Of a stretch of DNA of 64,000 nt, positions 30,977 to 41,386 are shown in pieces. Position numbers and translations under genes: made by a program. Each line of letters begins with the position of its first letter. Position 1 is the stretch's first letter. The notes below the pieces were generated by a model. That model was not told the DNA's origin. It saw only the letters and a program-made list of their open reading frames with translations, and searched no databases. The DNA is taken from positions 1 to 64,000 of the forward strand of contig CAXXVK010000006.1 in the NCBI GenBank assembly GCA_963676915.2. Reading direction: 5' to 3'. The DNA is from Myxococcota bacterium. Lineage in GTDB: Bacteria > Myxococcota_A > SURF-8 > G963663525.

Positions 30977-31046
30977 ATGGTCGGGCGATTTCACCCGACA
31001 CAAAAGACGTTTTCGAAATTTGTCGGGTGAAAACCACCCGACCTAC
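30977..31046. repeat. GTAG-type REP doublet, family B
   Basis: ATGGTCGGGCGATTTCACCCGACA facing the reverse complement of GTAGGTCGGGTGGTTTTCACCCGACA, between convergent genes. Confidence 0.68.
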
Positions 31047-31108
31047 GAATTTTCTATCAAGTTTTCGACAATAAATACAACAGCTTAGGAATCTTTTAGC
31101 GTTTTCGA

Positions 31109-32080
31109 CTAAAACGTTACCGTCGCGGCAATGGGGTAATGATCCGAAGGATACTGATCCTCCAGCCCGTAGACCGTAAGATCCACCACCCAATCCGAAA
31201 CAATCCATTCGACGGGACCAGCCAGGAAGATATGATCGATGCGGTTATTCGGGTCGTACTCGGGATCAGCATCCTGGTTGTGTTCCACGCGCCAATCTTC
31301 GGCCAGATCGAAGGAATTGACCAGGGAAAACCCTTCCCCGTCTACACCTTCGGTCAAAATTCCATAAGCCGCGCTATCCGGTTTGGAATTGAAATCACCT
31401 ACCGCGATCAACGGCAGCGTTTCGGTCCACGGTTCGGAGCGAGACAACAAAATCGGTGCGCTGTTTTCCTGATTGGGAATATTGTTGTCGAAATGGGTAT
31501 TGACGAACACGAACTCACGGCCATCGGAAATCTTTCTAAAACGCGCCCATCCGACCAAGCGCCAGAAATTCTTATCGGCCCATCCACCGGACCAGGGTAC
31601 ATCCGGCGTCTCGCTCAACCAATACGTTCCATGCTCGACCACCTCGAAGCGATCGCTACGGTAGAAAATCGCTTCATCAGGATAGGCATCCAGGTATCCC
31701 AAACCGTCATCGGGATCGTCAATATAGTATAACGCATCGTAATCAGGTAACAATTCCAGAATCTGATCCACTTCGAGATCGGTAAAAATCTCCTGGGTGC
31801 CAACGATGTCTGCATCGTAGCGAGTGAAGATGTCCGCGAAGTGCGGCAGACGATCCGCCCAAGGTTCGTAGCTGCTGTCGCAGAAAGAACACAGCACGTT
31901 GTACGTCATAATGTTCAATGTCGTTTCACTGGGAATGGCTTCGTTTTCCACTTCGATTTCGGCATCCCCATTGACGAGGTTCGTCTTATCGGAATCCTCT
32001 GAACACGCGAAGGAAAAAACAAGCAACCACCCAAGCGTAAACCCAGCGAGACATCGATTTCGTATCATTGTGCAGTCCAT
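31109..32080 (-). CDS. EEP-family lipoprotein
   Basis: Lipobox SFAC; MTYNV, GTQE, YWLSETP, NTHFD, GDFN, RIDHI and PSDH motifs. Confidence 0.9.
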   Translation of the reverse strand: MDCTMIRNRCLAGFTLGWLLVFSFACSEDSDKTNLVNGDAEIEVENEAIPSETTLNIMTYNVLCSFCDSSYEPWADRLPHFADIFTRYDADIVGTQEIFTDLEVDQILELLPDYDALYYIDDPDDGLGYLDAYPDEAIFYRSDRFEVVEHGTYWLSETPDVPWSGGWADKNFWRLVGWARFRKISDGREFVFVNTHFDNNIPNQENSAPILLSRSEPWTETLPLIAVGDFNSKPDSAAYGILTEGVDGEGFSLVNSFDLAEDWRVEHNQDADPEYDPNNRIDHIFLAGPVEWIVSDWVVDLTVYGLEDQYPSDHYPIAATVTF

Positions 32081-32261
32081 TTCTAAAGGATAATACTTCT
32101 AGCAACTGCGCCATGATAATGATCTCGATAGTATTTGTTAAGCTTTTGTTAGATTTTCATCAGGAACGATCCTCACTTTTCTCATTTATATTCGAATACT
32201 TGCGTAAACAGAAGCATGAAATCCACGATTTCGCTTCGCAACTACGGTAAAATCACATATA

Positions 32262-33842
32262 GTGCCGAACAATTTTACTTGTTACTCGGGAGCTATCATG
32301 CACGTTAAACGCAATTCATCGACTCGAAGCCTACAGTGGAACCTCTACGTTGCAACAGCGATCCTTCTGCTTCTCTCCGGTGCAGCCTTTATTGGATGTA
32401 ACTCGGACGACAACTCCCAGCAAAATGACGATCTGATCGAAGGCGATACAGATTCGGATCTCGAACCTGTGGAAACAGAGCAAGAACAGGAAATCGAAAT
32501 CGATCCTTGGAGTACGCTCGAACCACAAGGAGAACCGATTCGAAGGATTCTGGGCGTTTCCTCCCATATGAAACAAAGCGCAGGAGAAAGTTGGACGAGA
32601 GATTTGGAGTTCGAAAAGTACGACGAACTCGGAGGGGCTTGGATTCGGGAAGACTATCGCTGGCACCAGTTCGAACCCAGTGACGACGAATGGCATTTCG
32701 AAGTGGTCACCGGCCAGGTCGAAATGGCTCAGGAAATCGGAAGCAATATCTTGGCTATGCTGGGATACTCGGTGGATTGGGCGATTGAAAACGAAGAAAC
32801 CAGCACCATCGACCCGGAAGAGTACGGCGAGTTCGCCGGTGCGGTAGCAGGAGAATACTGCAATGAAATCAAACACTACGAAGTCTGGAACGAACCCAAT
32901 CTCTCACGTTTCTGGAATCCCGAACAAGACCCGGATCATTACGGAAAAATCCTGAAAGCCGCGTATTCGGCCATCAAAGCCGCCTGTCCCGACGCACAGG
33001 TGGTTTTCGGTGGATTGTCGGCCCTGGACGACACCGACCCCGTAAACTGGTGGGCGTTTGTGGATCGCATTTACGAAGCGCATCCCGATATCTGTCAGGC
33101 CTTCGACATTATGGCGATCCATCCTTACACCTTCAATCAGCAGTTCAGCCCGGAAAGAGATTATTGGATCAACGATGAAATCTTCCTGCCCGGACAAACC
33201 TGGATGACGGATATCGTACGGGACAAGTTGTTAAAAATGGGTTGCGGCGACGCTCCGGTCTGGTACACGGAAGCCGGTTGGACCAGCTACGATATCGACG
33301 AAGACATCCAGGGACGTTTCCTCGCCCGTAGCATTCTGATTGCTGCGAAAGACCTCATCGGCTGCTATTTCTGGTACACTTTCTGGAACGGCGAACCTCG
33401 GACCGAGGGTTGGCGCCCCCATGAAGAGTATTTCGGCCTCTTCGGTTGGCCGGGAGATGAAGAACAACCGATTCGTCCCAAACCCGCATGGGTCGCCATG
33501 AAAGGGCTGGCGGATGTCATCGGAGACTATCGTTTCGCATCGGATCTATCCCCGTATCTCGACCTGCCAAACGATGTCTATGTACTGGCTTTTTCCAATG
33601 ATTCCGGTCGTGTAGCTTTAGCACTCTGGGACGGACGCGACAACCCGGACGGCTCTTTGGCACAAGAAGGAGAAGGCGGTTGGGATACGAGTTTCGACCT
33701 GACGTTGACTTTGCCTGAATCCGCAACGGACCTGATTCAATACGGAATCGATGGTTCGGAAACCGGAAGACCGGAGGCAAGTACATCACTTCAAGTAACT
33801 CTCACCCCTGAAGTGCAATACCTGACCTTTGAAAACAAATAG
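32262..33842 (+). CDS. Clan GH-A glycoside hydrolase lipoprotein (GH39/GH5-like)
   Basis: Lipobox FIGC; YEVWNEPN acid/base, IHPY, WYTEAGW nucleophile motif. Confidence 0.82.
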   Translation: MPNNFTCYSGAIMHVKRNSSTRSLQWNLYVATAILLLLSGAAFIGCNSDDNSQQNDDLIEGDTDSDLEPVETEQEQEIEIDPWSTLEPQGEPIRRILGVSSHMKQSAGESWTRDLEFEKYDELGGAWIREDYRWHQFEPSDDEWHFEVVTGQVEMAQEIGSNILAMLGYSVDWAIENEETSTIDPEEYGEFAGAVAGEYCNEIKHYEVWNEPNLSRFWNPEQDPDHYGKILKAAYSAIKAACPDAQVVFGGLSALDDTDPVNWWAFVDRIYEAHPDICQAFDIMAIHPYTFNQQFSPERDYWINDEIFLPGQTWMTDIVRDKLLKMGCGDAPVWYTEAGWTSYDIDEDIQGRFLARSILIAAKDLIGCYFWYTFWNGEPRTEGWRPHEEYFGLFGWPGDEEQPIRPKPAWVAMKGLADVIGDYRFASDLSPYLDLPNDVYVLAFSNDSGRVALALWDGRDNPDGSLAQEGEGGWDTSFDLTLTLPESATDLIQYGIDGSETGRPEASTSLQVTLTPEVQYLTFENK

Positions 33843-33861
33843 CTTATGTACCAAACAATAC

Positions 33862-33905
33862 AAAAGCGTGTAAGTACGAAACCCATCGTATTTACACGCT
33901 TTTTT
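33862..33905. terminator. Bidirectional terminator
   Basis: AAAAGCGTGTAAGTACGA..TCGTATTTACACGCTTTTTT between convergent genes. Confidence 0.75.
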
Positions 33906-33932
33906 ATTTCATCGTTATTTTATGATTGCCAT

Positions 33933-34595
33933 TCATTCCCAGGAAGAGATGGGATCATTCTCATTTTTCTCGTCGAGCAGCATCAATAGCAGTTCGATCG
34001 CCGTAGCCAGACCACGAAGTAACGCAAAAGCAATCCCGCCGAACAATGCCGAAATCACACCAATACCAACCAGTTGGCCAATTGTGGCGGAATAAAGGGA
34101 AATGGCGGTTCCCCACCCCCAGAGCAAAAAGAGCATCAAAACAACATTCGAGAAAAAGCGCAACGCCATCACTTTTTTGGCATATCGCTTTACAATCTCC
34201 TCATGAGTTCCAGAAATCCCAAGATACGCAAGCGTTTTTTCCAGTTTCAATGCCCGCATTCGGGACGTATCCTTCGTCATACTTTCCAAAGTACGCGTAG
34301 GTTCCGTTTCATTTTCCGATTCCGTCCCGTCCGAATGTTCCAAGTTGTCCGTCGTTTCATCGTTTTTTTGTTCTGGATTCAATTCCTCGTCCTGAACTAC
34401 CCCTTTCCATTCGGCCTCCTGCTGCGAGTTGGATGGGTTGTCCAGTCCCAGAAATTCTCCAACGGTCCCCCATTGTCCATTCAGGTGGTTAAAAAGCATG
34501 TGATCGGCGCTCATGCGGTTTTCATCGTACCATTCCTGGATGGTGTTTTTTTCGTACGCGACGTAATCGTTTTCCCCAATGCGAACCGTAAACAT
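33933..34595 (-). CDS. Hypothetical membrane protein (small N-domain, acidic linker, two C-terminal TMs)
   Basis: GAGG RBS before MFTVRIGEND; hydrophobic C-terminal pair. Confidence 0.6.
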   Translation of the reverse strand: MFTVRIGENDYVAYEKNTIQEWYDENRMSADHMLFNHLNGQWGTVGEFLGLDNPSNSQQEAEWKGVVQDEELNPEQKNDETTDNLEHSDGTESENETEPTRTLESMTKDTSRMRALKLEKTLAYLGISGTHEEIVKRYAKKVMALRFFSNVVLMLFLLWGWGTAISLYSATIGQLVGIGVISALFGGIAFALLRGLATAIELLLMLLDEKNENDPISSWE

Positions 34596-34697
34596 CGTTA
34601 CCTCGCTTGAAAATGGCCCCGAAAAATCAACAAATTGTACAATATCGACACGTGCTGGTTGAAAAATTATCATAAACGACATTTTTCTTTCTGTCTA

Positions 34698-35564
34698 GAC
34701 AGTGTCGACACGAGAAAACGATTTATCTGGACAAAATCCTCGGCTTCTCGATATATTTCTATTTACTAGAATATATCGAGAGGAATTACCATGGAAGCTG
34801 CCTACCATCGTCACGATATTTCCGATCACGTATGGAATCTCCTGGAACCCCATCTACCTGGACGCTCCGGCGAGTGGGGAGGCGTGGCGGAAGACAATCG
34901 ACGATTCATCAATGCTGTTTTCTGGATTCTGCGTACCGGTGCGCCGTGGCGTGACCTACCCCCGGATTACGGTGGCTGGAACAACACGAACCGTCGTTTT
35001 TGCCGATGGCGCGACAAGGGAATCTGGGAGAAATTGCTTGAGATCCTCATTGACGATCCCGACTACGAATGGTTGATGATCGACGCCAGCCACGTCAAAG
35101 TGCATCCTGACGCCGCAGGAGCGAAGGGTGGCAATCAAGCGATGGGCCGTACAAAAGGGGGCTCAACAGTAAGATACATTTGGCCGTGGATGCGCATGGT
35201 AATCCAGTCCGAGCGATTGTTACAGAGGGTACCCGAGCAGATTGCAAGGAAGCTTGCGCATTGATCGAAGGAATCGACGCCGAGTATTTATTGGCTGATC
35301 GCGGCTACGATACGAACGTGATCCTTGAAAAAGCCGAAAACGCGGAGATGGTGGCAGTCATTCCTCCGAAAAAGAATCGGAAAGTTCAACGACCATACGA
35401 TAAAGAGCTTTATCGTGTTCGACATCTGGTCGAAAACGCTTTTCTGAAACTGAAACGATGGCGAGGAATCGCTACACGATACGCAAAAAACGCGGCATCT
35501 TTCCTCGCAGCCGTTCATATCAGATGTCTCGCTCTCTGGCTTGATATCTCGTGACGACACTGCC
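34698..35564 (+). mobile_element. IS5-family (IS427-group-like) insertion sequence, 867 bp
   Basis: Terminal IRs GACAGTGTCGACACGAGA / GGCAGTGTCGTCACGAGA, TA on both flanks; orfA 34791-35264 (LRTGAPWRDLP) and orfB ending 35554 (ADRGYD, RHLVENAF). Confidence 0.93.
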
Positions 35565-35821
35565 TAGTGTCGCAATTTTTTGCAAGTTCTGGTACACTAT
35601 CGCCGAGCGTTTCAGTTGTCGATCTTTCAGCCGCAAATACATCCAATCGACTCCATAGGAAACAAAAAAGCACCGACGTTTTTCAAGTGAAATAAAATCG
35701 GTCTATGGTGGCGATACGGGAATTTCGGTGGAAAATCGGAGCTGAAAAATAGCGTGAGATACACTGAAAGGGGGGAAATGGTTACGCACCATCTAGGGAG
35801 TTTGAAGTAAAGGAAGTTTTC

Positions 35822-37687
35822 ATGTTCACGCTGTTAGTAGAAGCCAATGGAAAGAAAGCCGAACGATACGATTTCGATAAAGAAGAAGTCCTGATTGGTC
35901 GCATCCCCTCCGGTGACATTGTTTTGCGCTCTACCAACGTTTCCAAACAACATGCTCGAATCGTTCAACGCGACGGAAAATTCTTCATTATCGACCGCAA
36001 AAGCACCAACGGCTCGTACGTCAACGGAAAACGGGTTTCGGCTCCTCAATCTTTACGCAACGGAGATCGCCTGTTTATTGGTGATTTTCACATTACATTC
36101 GTTCTAAACGCGGAAGAATTGGGGATTACACTTCCCCAACCCAAAGGTGGCGTTGCCGCCGATCGTTCGAAATCCGGTCGAATCAAGACCAGTTACGGAA
36201 GTGATCCGACGATAGGTCGAACTTCTACGGATATTCCTGGGAAATCCACTCCTCTTTCCAATAACAATCCATTTGCCTCTTCCAATGATGAGGATACCGA
36301 GCCACCGCCGATTCCGGGAATGGAAGCTCCCGAACCTCTGCGTTTACGAGTCCCCGAACCTTCTTCGGCCATCGCTCCACCTTTGCACGGAGCCAGGGAT
36401 TTCGATCCTCTGGGACCGGGCTGGACTTTGCCACCTTTAGGAATTCCGGCCAAAGCTCCCGCTCTGGACATGGAACTTTCTCAGAAAAAAGGCAAAAAAC
36501 GAACCACCAAAGAATGTCGGTTCGAACTGTTTTCCAAGGCAATCAGTCAGCCTCAATATAATGAATCGTTTTGCAATCACGTCTGGACCGACAACGAAAA
36601 AGTCGTCATGGAAACCCGTGACGAACTGTTGCATTTCTGCGAAGAACTTTTCGGCGAAACCCTCGACTCCAGCCAATCCACCGACGTTGTGGAAAAAGTC
36701 TCTAACGAACTTTTAGGGCTGGGCGTACTCGACCGTTACCTGGATGATTCGGAAATCGAAGAGATTCTCGTAAATGGTCCGAATCAGGTATTAATTGTCC
36801 GCAACGGACGCAAAGAGAACACGGGCGACGTCTTTTCCGATGAAACCGCTTTGCAACTGGCGCTTCGCAGGCTATTGGGACAAGCCAAACTCGATACAAG
36901 CTTCGCTCCGACCTTGCCATTGCTCCAAGTTCATCTTCCCAATGGGCTGTATGTGGCCGCCATTCGTCATCCGTACTGTACGACGGGTACGGCACTGCGG
37001 ATCATCAAACCCATGAAGGAACAATGTACGTTCGACACGCTGATTGAAAAAGGCATGTTGAACGCCGAGATGAGCGACGCTATCAAAACCTATCTGTCCG
37101 AAGATAAAAATCTTCTTATATGCAGCAAACGCGAAGCGGAACGCAACCAGTTCCTCGGAGCGGTCATGAATGCCATCAAAACGGAAGAACGCGTCGTTGC
37201 CATCAACAACGGACTGTGCTCCTCCTTTGAACACGATGACTATCTTGCCATCAACCTTCGTCCGATGGGACTTTCCAGCCAGGGAATGCAAACGGCTCGT
37301 CGTGAGCTGGTTTCGATCATTCCCCGAATGCGCGGCGACAGAGTTTTCATGAGGGGTGTCAAACCCACCAACATTATGGACATCCTCTCGATGCTCAATG
37401 GCGGATTATCCAAAACCGTGCTTTGCGGTTTCGGAACGGACGTTCACGACGCCCTGACCCGGATGGAATTCATGGCCTGCATGGAATCGTCTCTGGAAAC
37501 CGGAATGATCAAAAACCTGCTGGGTAAAAACATCGATGTCGTGGTTGTCATCAAGGAATTCCCGGACGGTTCCCGCAAAATTTCAGAAGTCGCGGAAATC
37601 GGCTTTTCCGAGGGAGATTACCGGCTGGAACACAAATACGTTTTCGAAATGGAAAACGAAACGGAAGGAAACTTCAAGGCACTCTGA
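35822..37687 (+). CDS. FHA domain fused to degenerate TadA/CpaF-type ATPase
   Basis: FHA IGR..VSKQHA..STNG; Pro-rich linker; GLGVLDRYLDDSEIEEILVNGP; DGSRKISEV; Walker motifs absent. Confidence 0.85.
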   Translation: MFTLLVEANGKKAERYDFDKEEVLIGRIPSGDIVLRSTNVSKQHARIVQRDGKFFIIDRKSTNGSYVNGKRVSAPQSLRNGDRLFIGDFHITFVLNAEELGITLPQPKGGVAADRSKSGRIKTSYGSDPTIGRTSTDIPGKSTPLSNNNPFASSNDEDTEPPPIPGMEAPEPLRLRVPEPSSAIAPPLHGARDFDPLGPGWTLPPLGIPAKAPALDMELSQKKGKKRTTKECRFELFSKAISQPQYNESFCNHVWTDNEKVVMETRDELLHFCEELFGETLDSSQSTDVVEKVSNELLGLGVLDRYLDDSEIEEILVNGPNQVLIVRNGRKENTGDVFSDETALQLALRRLLGQAKLDTSFAPTLPLLQVHLPNGLYVAAIRHPYCTTGTALRIIKPMKEQCTFDTLIEKGMLNAEMSDAIKTYLSEDKNLLICSKREAERNQFLGAVMNAIKTEERVVAINNGLCSSFEHDDYLAINLRPMGLSSQGMQTARRELVSIIPRMRGDRVFMRGVKPTNIMDILSMLNGGLSKTVLCGFGTDVHDALTRMEFMACMESSLETGMIKNLLGKNIDVVVVIKEFPDGSRKISEVAEIGFSEGDYRLEHKYVFEMENETEGNFKAL

Positions 37688-37772
37688 TTCTCTCCTCTTG
37701 CATTTTCTTCAAAACAATACCCATATCTTGTTGAAACCTCCCGAAATCGGGAAGCAATAAACGGACTTCGAC

Positions 37773-38513
37773 ATGACACCAGATGAAACCACGCAAAAAC
37801 CTTCCGAATCGGACAAATTACCAACCTCCGAGGAAAATTCACGAGAAGAGCAATCCATAACAGGCGAGCAAGAAAATACCTCTGAAGTTCAGAGTGATGA
37901 AGAAATAGCCTCTAGTGGAAATTCCGCCTCGATTTCCGCCGATCTTCAGAACATGCTCGACAAATTCGAGCAACGAATGAAAGATCGTGCCGCCGAAGAA
38001 GACGAGCGGGAACAAGCGTCTCAAAAAGAAAGTCCTATCGAACGCCTCGAAAGAGAATTACGGGAAAAAGACGCCCTTTTGCGCAAATACATCGCCGGAC
38101 ACAAAGAAGCGGTCGTACAATTCGAGCAAAGCCGAAACCGCCTGCAAAAAGACGTGAAAAATCAGGTAAAGCTATACACTCGTAAATTTCTGGAAGACCT
38201 CCTCGATGTCGTTGACAACCTCGACCGGGCGCTGGAATCCTACGAAAAAGATCCCAACGCCGAAGGATTTTTCGAAGGCGTCGCCATGGTACGCACGCAG
38301 TTTCTGCAAAAACTGAAGAAAAACGATGTGGAACGTATGGAAAGTCTCCATACAAGCTTCGATCCGTTGCTCCATGAGGCGATTTCCACCGTGCCGGTTG
38401 AAGACGAAGCCTTAAACGGAACTGTCGTGGGAATCGTCAAAGAAGGTTATACGATCGGAGAGGACATCTTGCGCCCGGCAACGGTCGCCGTCGGAAAGAT
38501 CAACCGATCTTGA
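37773..38513 (+). CDS. grpE: Nucleotide exchange factor GrpE
   Basis: LLDVVDNLDRAL, FDPLLHEAI, GYTIGEDILRPATVAV. Confidence 0.9.
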   Translation: MTPDETTQKPSESDKLPTSEENSREEQSITGEQENTSEVQSDEEIASSGNSASISADLQNMLDKFEQRMKDRAAEEDEREQASQKESPIERLERELREKDALLRKYIAGHKEAVVQFEQSRNRLQKDVKNQVKLYTRKFLEDLLDVVDNLDRALESYEKDPNAEGFFEGVAMVRTQFLQKLKKNDVERMESLHTSFDPLLHEAISTVPVEDEALNGTVVGIVKEGYTIGEDILRPATVAVGKINRS

Positions 38514-38761
38514 AGAAGTAGAAGCCATCCTAAAAACCAACAAATCACCTCAAAAACAGGTGGAAAGCTTTCGTTTTCTTCCGACAAACCATTCAAATCC
38601 CGTAACAACCGGAGTCCTATAGAAAAGACCGATTGGCTTACGAATCGGCATCTTTATTACATTAGAGCGATTCGTTTACTTCGCAGGCCGCTTGGTCTAC
38701 AATCCGGTCGAGTGAAAACGAAGCGTTGGACAGACGATTCCATGACGAAGACACGGTACCG

Positions 38762-40438
38762 ATGATCGGCAAAGAACTGGGCAAATACCGAATCGTTCGC
38801 GAGATCGGTCAAGGGGGAATGGCCACGGTATACGAGGCTATAGATACCACCTTGGAACGCTCGGTAGCCGTGAAAATTCTGCATCCGCATCTCGGACGCC
38901 AAAAAGAAGCGCTTGCGCGTTTTCGACGAGAAGCCAAAGTGGTCGCCCGTTTGAAGCATCCCAACGTCATCGAAGTTTACGATATTTCCGAGCCGGAAGA
39001 CGATCAACAGTACATCGTCAGCGAACTGATCGACGGTCCTACCCTCGCGGAATTTCAGAAGGAATACGGTGCATTTCCGGGAGAATTGGCAGCCTGCGTC
39101 GTGTATGAGTTGGCCCAAGCCCTCTGCCACGCCCACGAACACGGAATCATCCACCGGGACATGAAACCGGAAAACGTGATGATCCGCTCCGATGGCCGCG
39201 TAAAACTGATGGACTTCGGTATCGCCCGAATGTCCGAGGGAACCAACCTGACGGTCACCGGATCGGTCATGGGAAGTCCGGCGTTCATGTCGCCGGAACA
39301 AATCAACGGGGCGGAAATCGATCACCGCTCGGATCTGTTTTCTCTGGGAACCATTTTTTACGAACTCGTCACCGACCAACTTCCTTTCGACGGTCCCAAC
39401 CCTCATGCAGTGATCAAGCGTATTTGCGAAGGAGAATACGACAACCCGCAGCAACTCGCCCCCGCGATTTCCAACCGGCTGTCCGAGATCATTCAAAACC
39501 TTCTCAAAGTCAACGCCAACGAACGATATCCGACTGCTCACGAATTGCTCAACGATCTCAACCGTGTGTTGCATGAAGCGTCCATAGAGAATCCCGCCGC
39601 GACGCTTAACGCGGTGTTTACAAACCCGGATCGTGCATTCGAACGATTCAACCACGATCTCGTTCCGATTCTGGAACGCCTGGTTGCTTCCCTGGAATCC
39701 AACAACCCGGTCCGGGCCATGCGGGTCTGTTCGCGTATACTGGCCATCGACCCCGAACACTCGGCAACCAATCAAAAACTGCTGAAATTGATCCATTCGA
39801 CGAAAACCGACGATGAGCCACCCCAACGAAGGCGCAGGAATTTTTTCGCCTTTCTGGCCGTTGTCACCGTTATGCTCGTTGCTGGTGTAGGTTGGGCATT
39901 TTGGCCGAATTCCGGTACATCCGAAACAAATCGTTTCGAAAAACCCGTGTTTTCACCGCTTTACAGCTATCGACCACAAACGGAGATCGATTACCAAGCC
40001 CCCTACCCTGAAAGCGATTTTCGCAAGGAAGCCATCGGCCGAGTTCATCAGAAACCTTCCATCGGCATCGCGACATTTAAAAATCACGCTTCAGGTATCC
40101 ACACGATACGAAAAAGAATTCCCGATGTGAGACGTATCCCTTTGAAAAAACAACGAAAACTCGAACCCACTCCAGCCATTAGCGGTTATCTACGTGTCAT
40201 TGCAAGACCCCAGGCAACGATTTACATCAACGGAAAAATCGTCGGGAACTCACCCCAGGACGACGCCAAAACCTTCCGACTTCCGCAACGACACAACATC
40301 GTCCAACTGCGCAGTCCTTACCATCACCCACAGAAAATCTCCGTCGATATCACCAAAATGGACGAAACCGTAACCTTGCGCAGAAAAATGGAACTGAAAG
40401 AGGAATTTCGTAGTATGATGGGCGGCACGCAACCCTGA
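38762..40438 (+). CDS. Membrane Ser/Thr protein kinase with PEGA-like C-terminus
   Basis: IGQGGMATVY, VAVK, HRDMKPEN, DFGIAR, MSPEQ; TM segment; ARPQATIYING. Confidence 0.93.
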   Translation: MIGKELGKYRIVREIGQGGMATVYEAIDTTLERSVAVKILHPHLGRQKEALARFRREAKVVARLKHPNVIEVYDISEPEDDQQYIVSELIDGPTLAEFQKEYGAFPGELAACVVYELAQALCHAHEHGIIHRDMKPENVMIRSDGRVKLMDFGIARMSEGTNLTVTGSVMGSPAFMSPEQINGAEIDHRSDLFSLGTIFYELVTDQLPFDGPNPHAVIKRICEGEYDNPQQLAPAISNRLSEIIQNLLKVNANERYPTAHELLNDLNRVLHEASIENPAATLNAVFTNPDRAFERFNHDLVPILERLVASLESNNPVRAMRVCSRILAIDPEHSATNQKLLKLIHSTKTDDEPPQRRRRNFFAFLAVVTVMLVAGVGWAFWPNSGTSETNRFEKPVFSPLYSYRPQTEIDYQAPYPESDFRKEAIGRVHQKPSIGIATFKNHASGIHTIRKRIPDVRRIPLKKQRKLEPTPAISGYLRVIARPQATIYINGKIVGNSPQDDAKTFRLPQRHNIVQLRSPYHHPQKISVDITKMDETVTLRRKMELKEEFRSMMGGTQP

Positions 40439-40448
40439 CGGAGATGTT

Positions 40449-41369
40449 TTGACGATGGTTTTTCGTGTTTCGTCCATCCTGTTCCTATTTTTGCTTTTCG
40501 TTTCATTCGAAGCAATGGCGCAAACGAACGCCCCGGAATCGCCGGAACCGGAAGAAACCTCCGCCGAACCATCGACCGAGGAAAATTGGCTCAGTCTACC
40601 GCCAGTCGGAGAAGGCAGCGCACAAGACGAAATCCGTCGAGCGAAAAACCTGTACGACTACGGTAGCCATCAAAAAGTGGTGGATCGACTGGAGCGAGCG
40701 TTCGAATTGCAATTGTTTGCAGACAACGAGCTGAGGCGCGAGGCTCTGGCACTGATTGGCGTCAGCGCGTTCATTCTGGGAGACGAAACCCGTGCGGGTC
40801 GGTATTTTCTCGATCGACTGAGACTTGATCCCGATTTCCGCCTCAACCCCGTGCTCTATCCGCCGGCCATCATCGATTTCGTCGAACGCATCCGGCAGGA
40901 AAATCAAGAAGAACTGGACGCCATCCAGGCTCAAACGGGAGAACCTCAACCGCCCCAGGCAACTACGGAAGTAATCGAGAAAAAACCCTATTACGTCAAT
41001 TTCATCCCCTTCGGAGCGGGGCAATTCCAAAACGATCAGGATGTCAAAGGAGCGCTTTTCCTATCCAGCGAAGTCATAACTTTAAGTATCAATGTCACGG
41101 CTTATTTCGTAGCCCGTTCCATGGAAGGACCGGACGGCAAGTACTCATCTAATAATGCCACCCAGGCGCGAGACTGGACCATCGTGCAATACAGCGCTCT
41201 CGGAGCGTGTTTTCTTATCGCCATGGGTGGCATCATCGATGCCGCGTTGAATTGGCAACCGGAAAAACGAGTGGAACTCCTACCGGAAACAAACAACAGC
41301 GTTTCGAAAACCCAAACCAATACACCGGTTTTCAGATTTGAAGGCACCGGGGCAAGTTTGCGATTTTGA
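40449..41369 (+). CDS. Exported TPR-like protein with C-terminal hydrophobic helices
   Basis: Signal peptide; helical repeat ending LNPVLYPP; FIPFGAGQFQN motif; 10 bp after the kinase. Confidence 0.7.
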   Translation: MTMVFRVSSILFLFLLFVSFEAMAQTNAPESPEPEETSAEPSTEENWLSLPPVGEGSAQDEIRRAKNLYDYGSHQKVVDRLERAFELQLFADNELRREALALIGVSAFILGDETRAGRYFLDRLRLDPDFRLNPVLYPPAIIDFVERIRQENQEELDAIQAQTGEPQPPQATTEVIEKKPYYVNFIPFGAGQFQNDQDVKGALFLSSEVITLSINVTAYFVARSMEGPDGKYSSNNATQARDWTIVQYSALGACFLIAMGGIIDAALNWQPEKRVELLPETNNSVSKTQTNTPVFRFEGTGASLRF

Positions 41370-41386
41370 TTGAAAATTTCTGAGTT

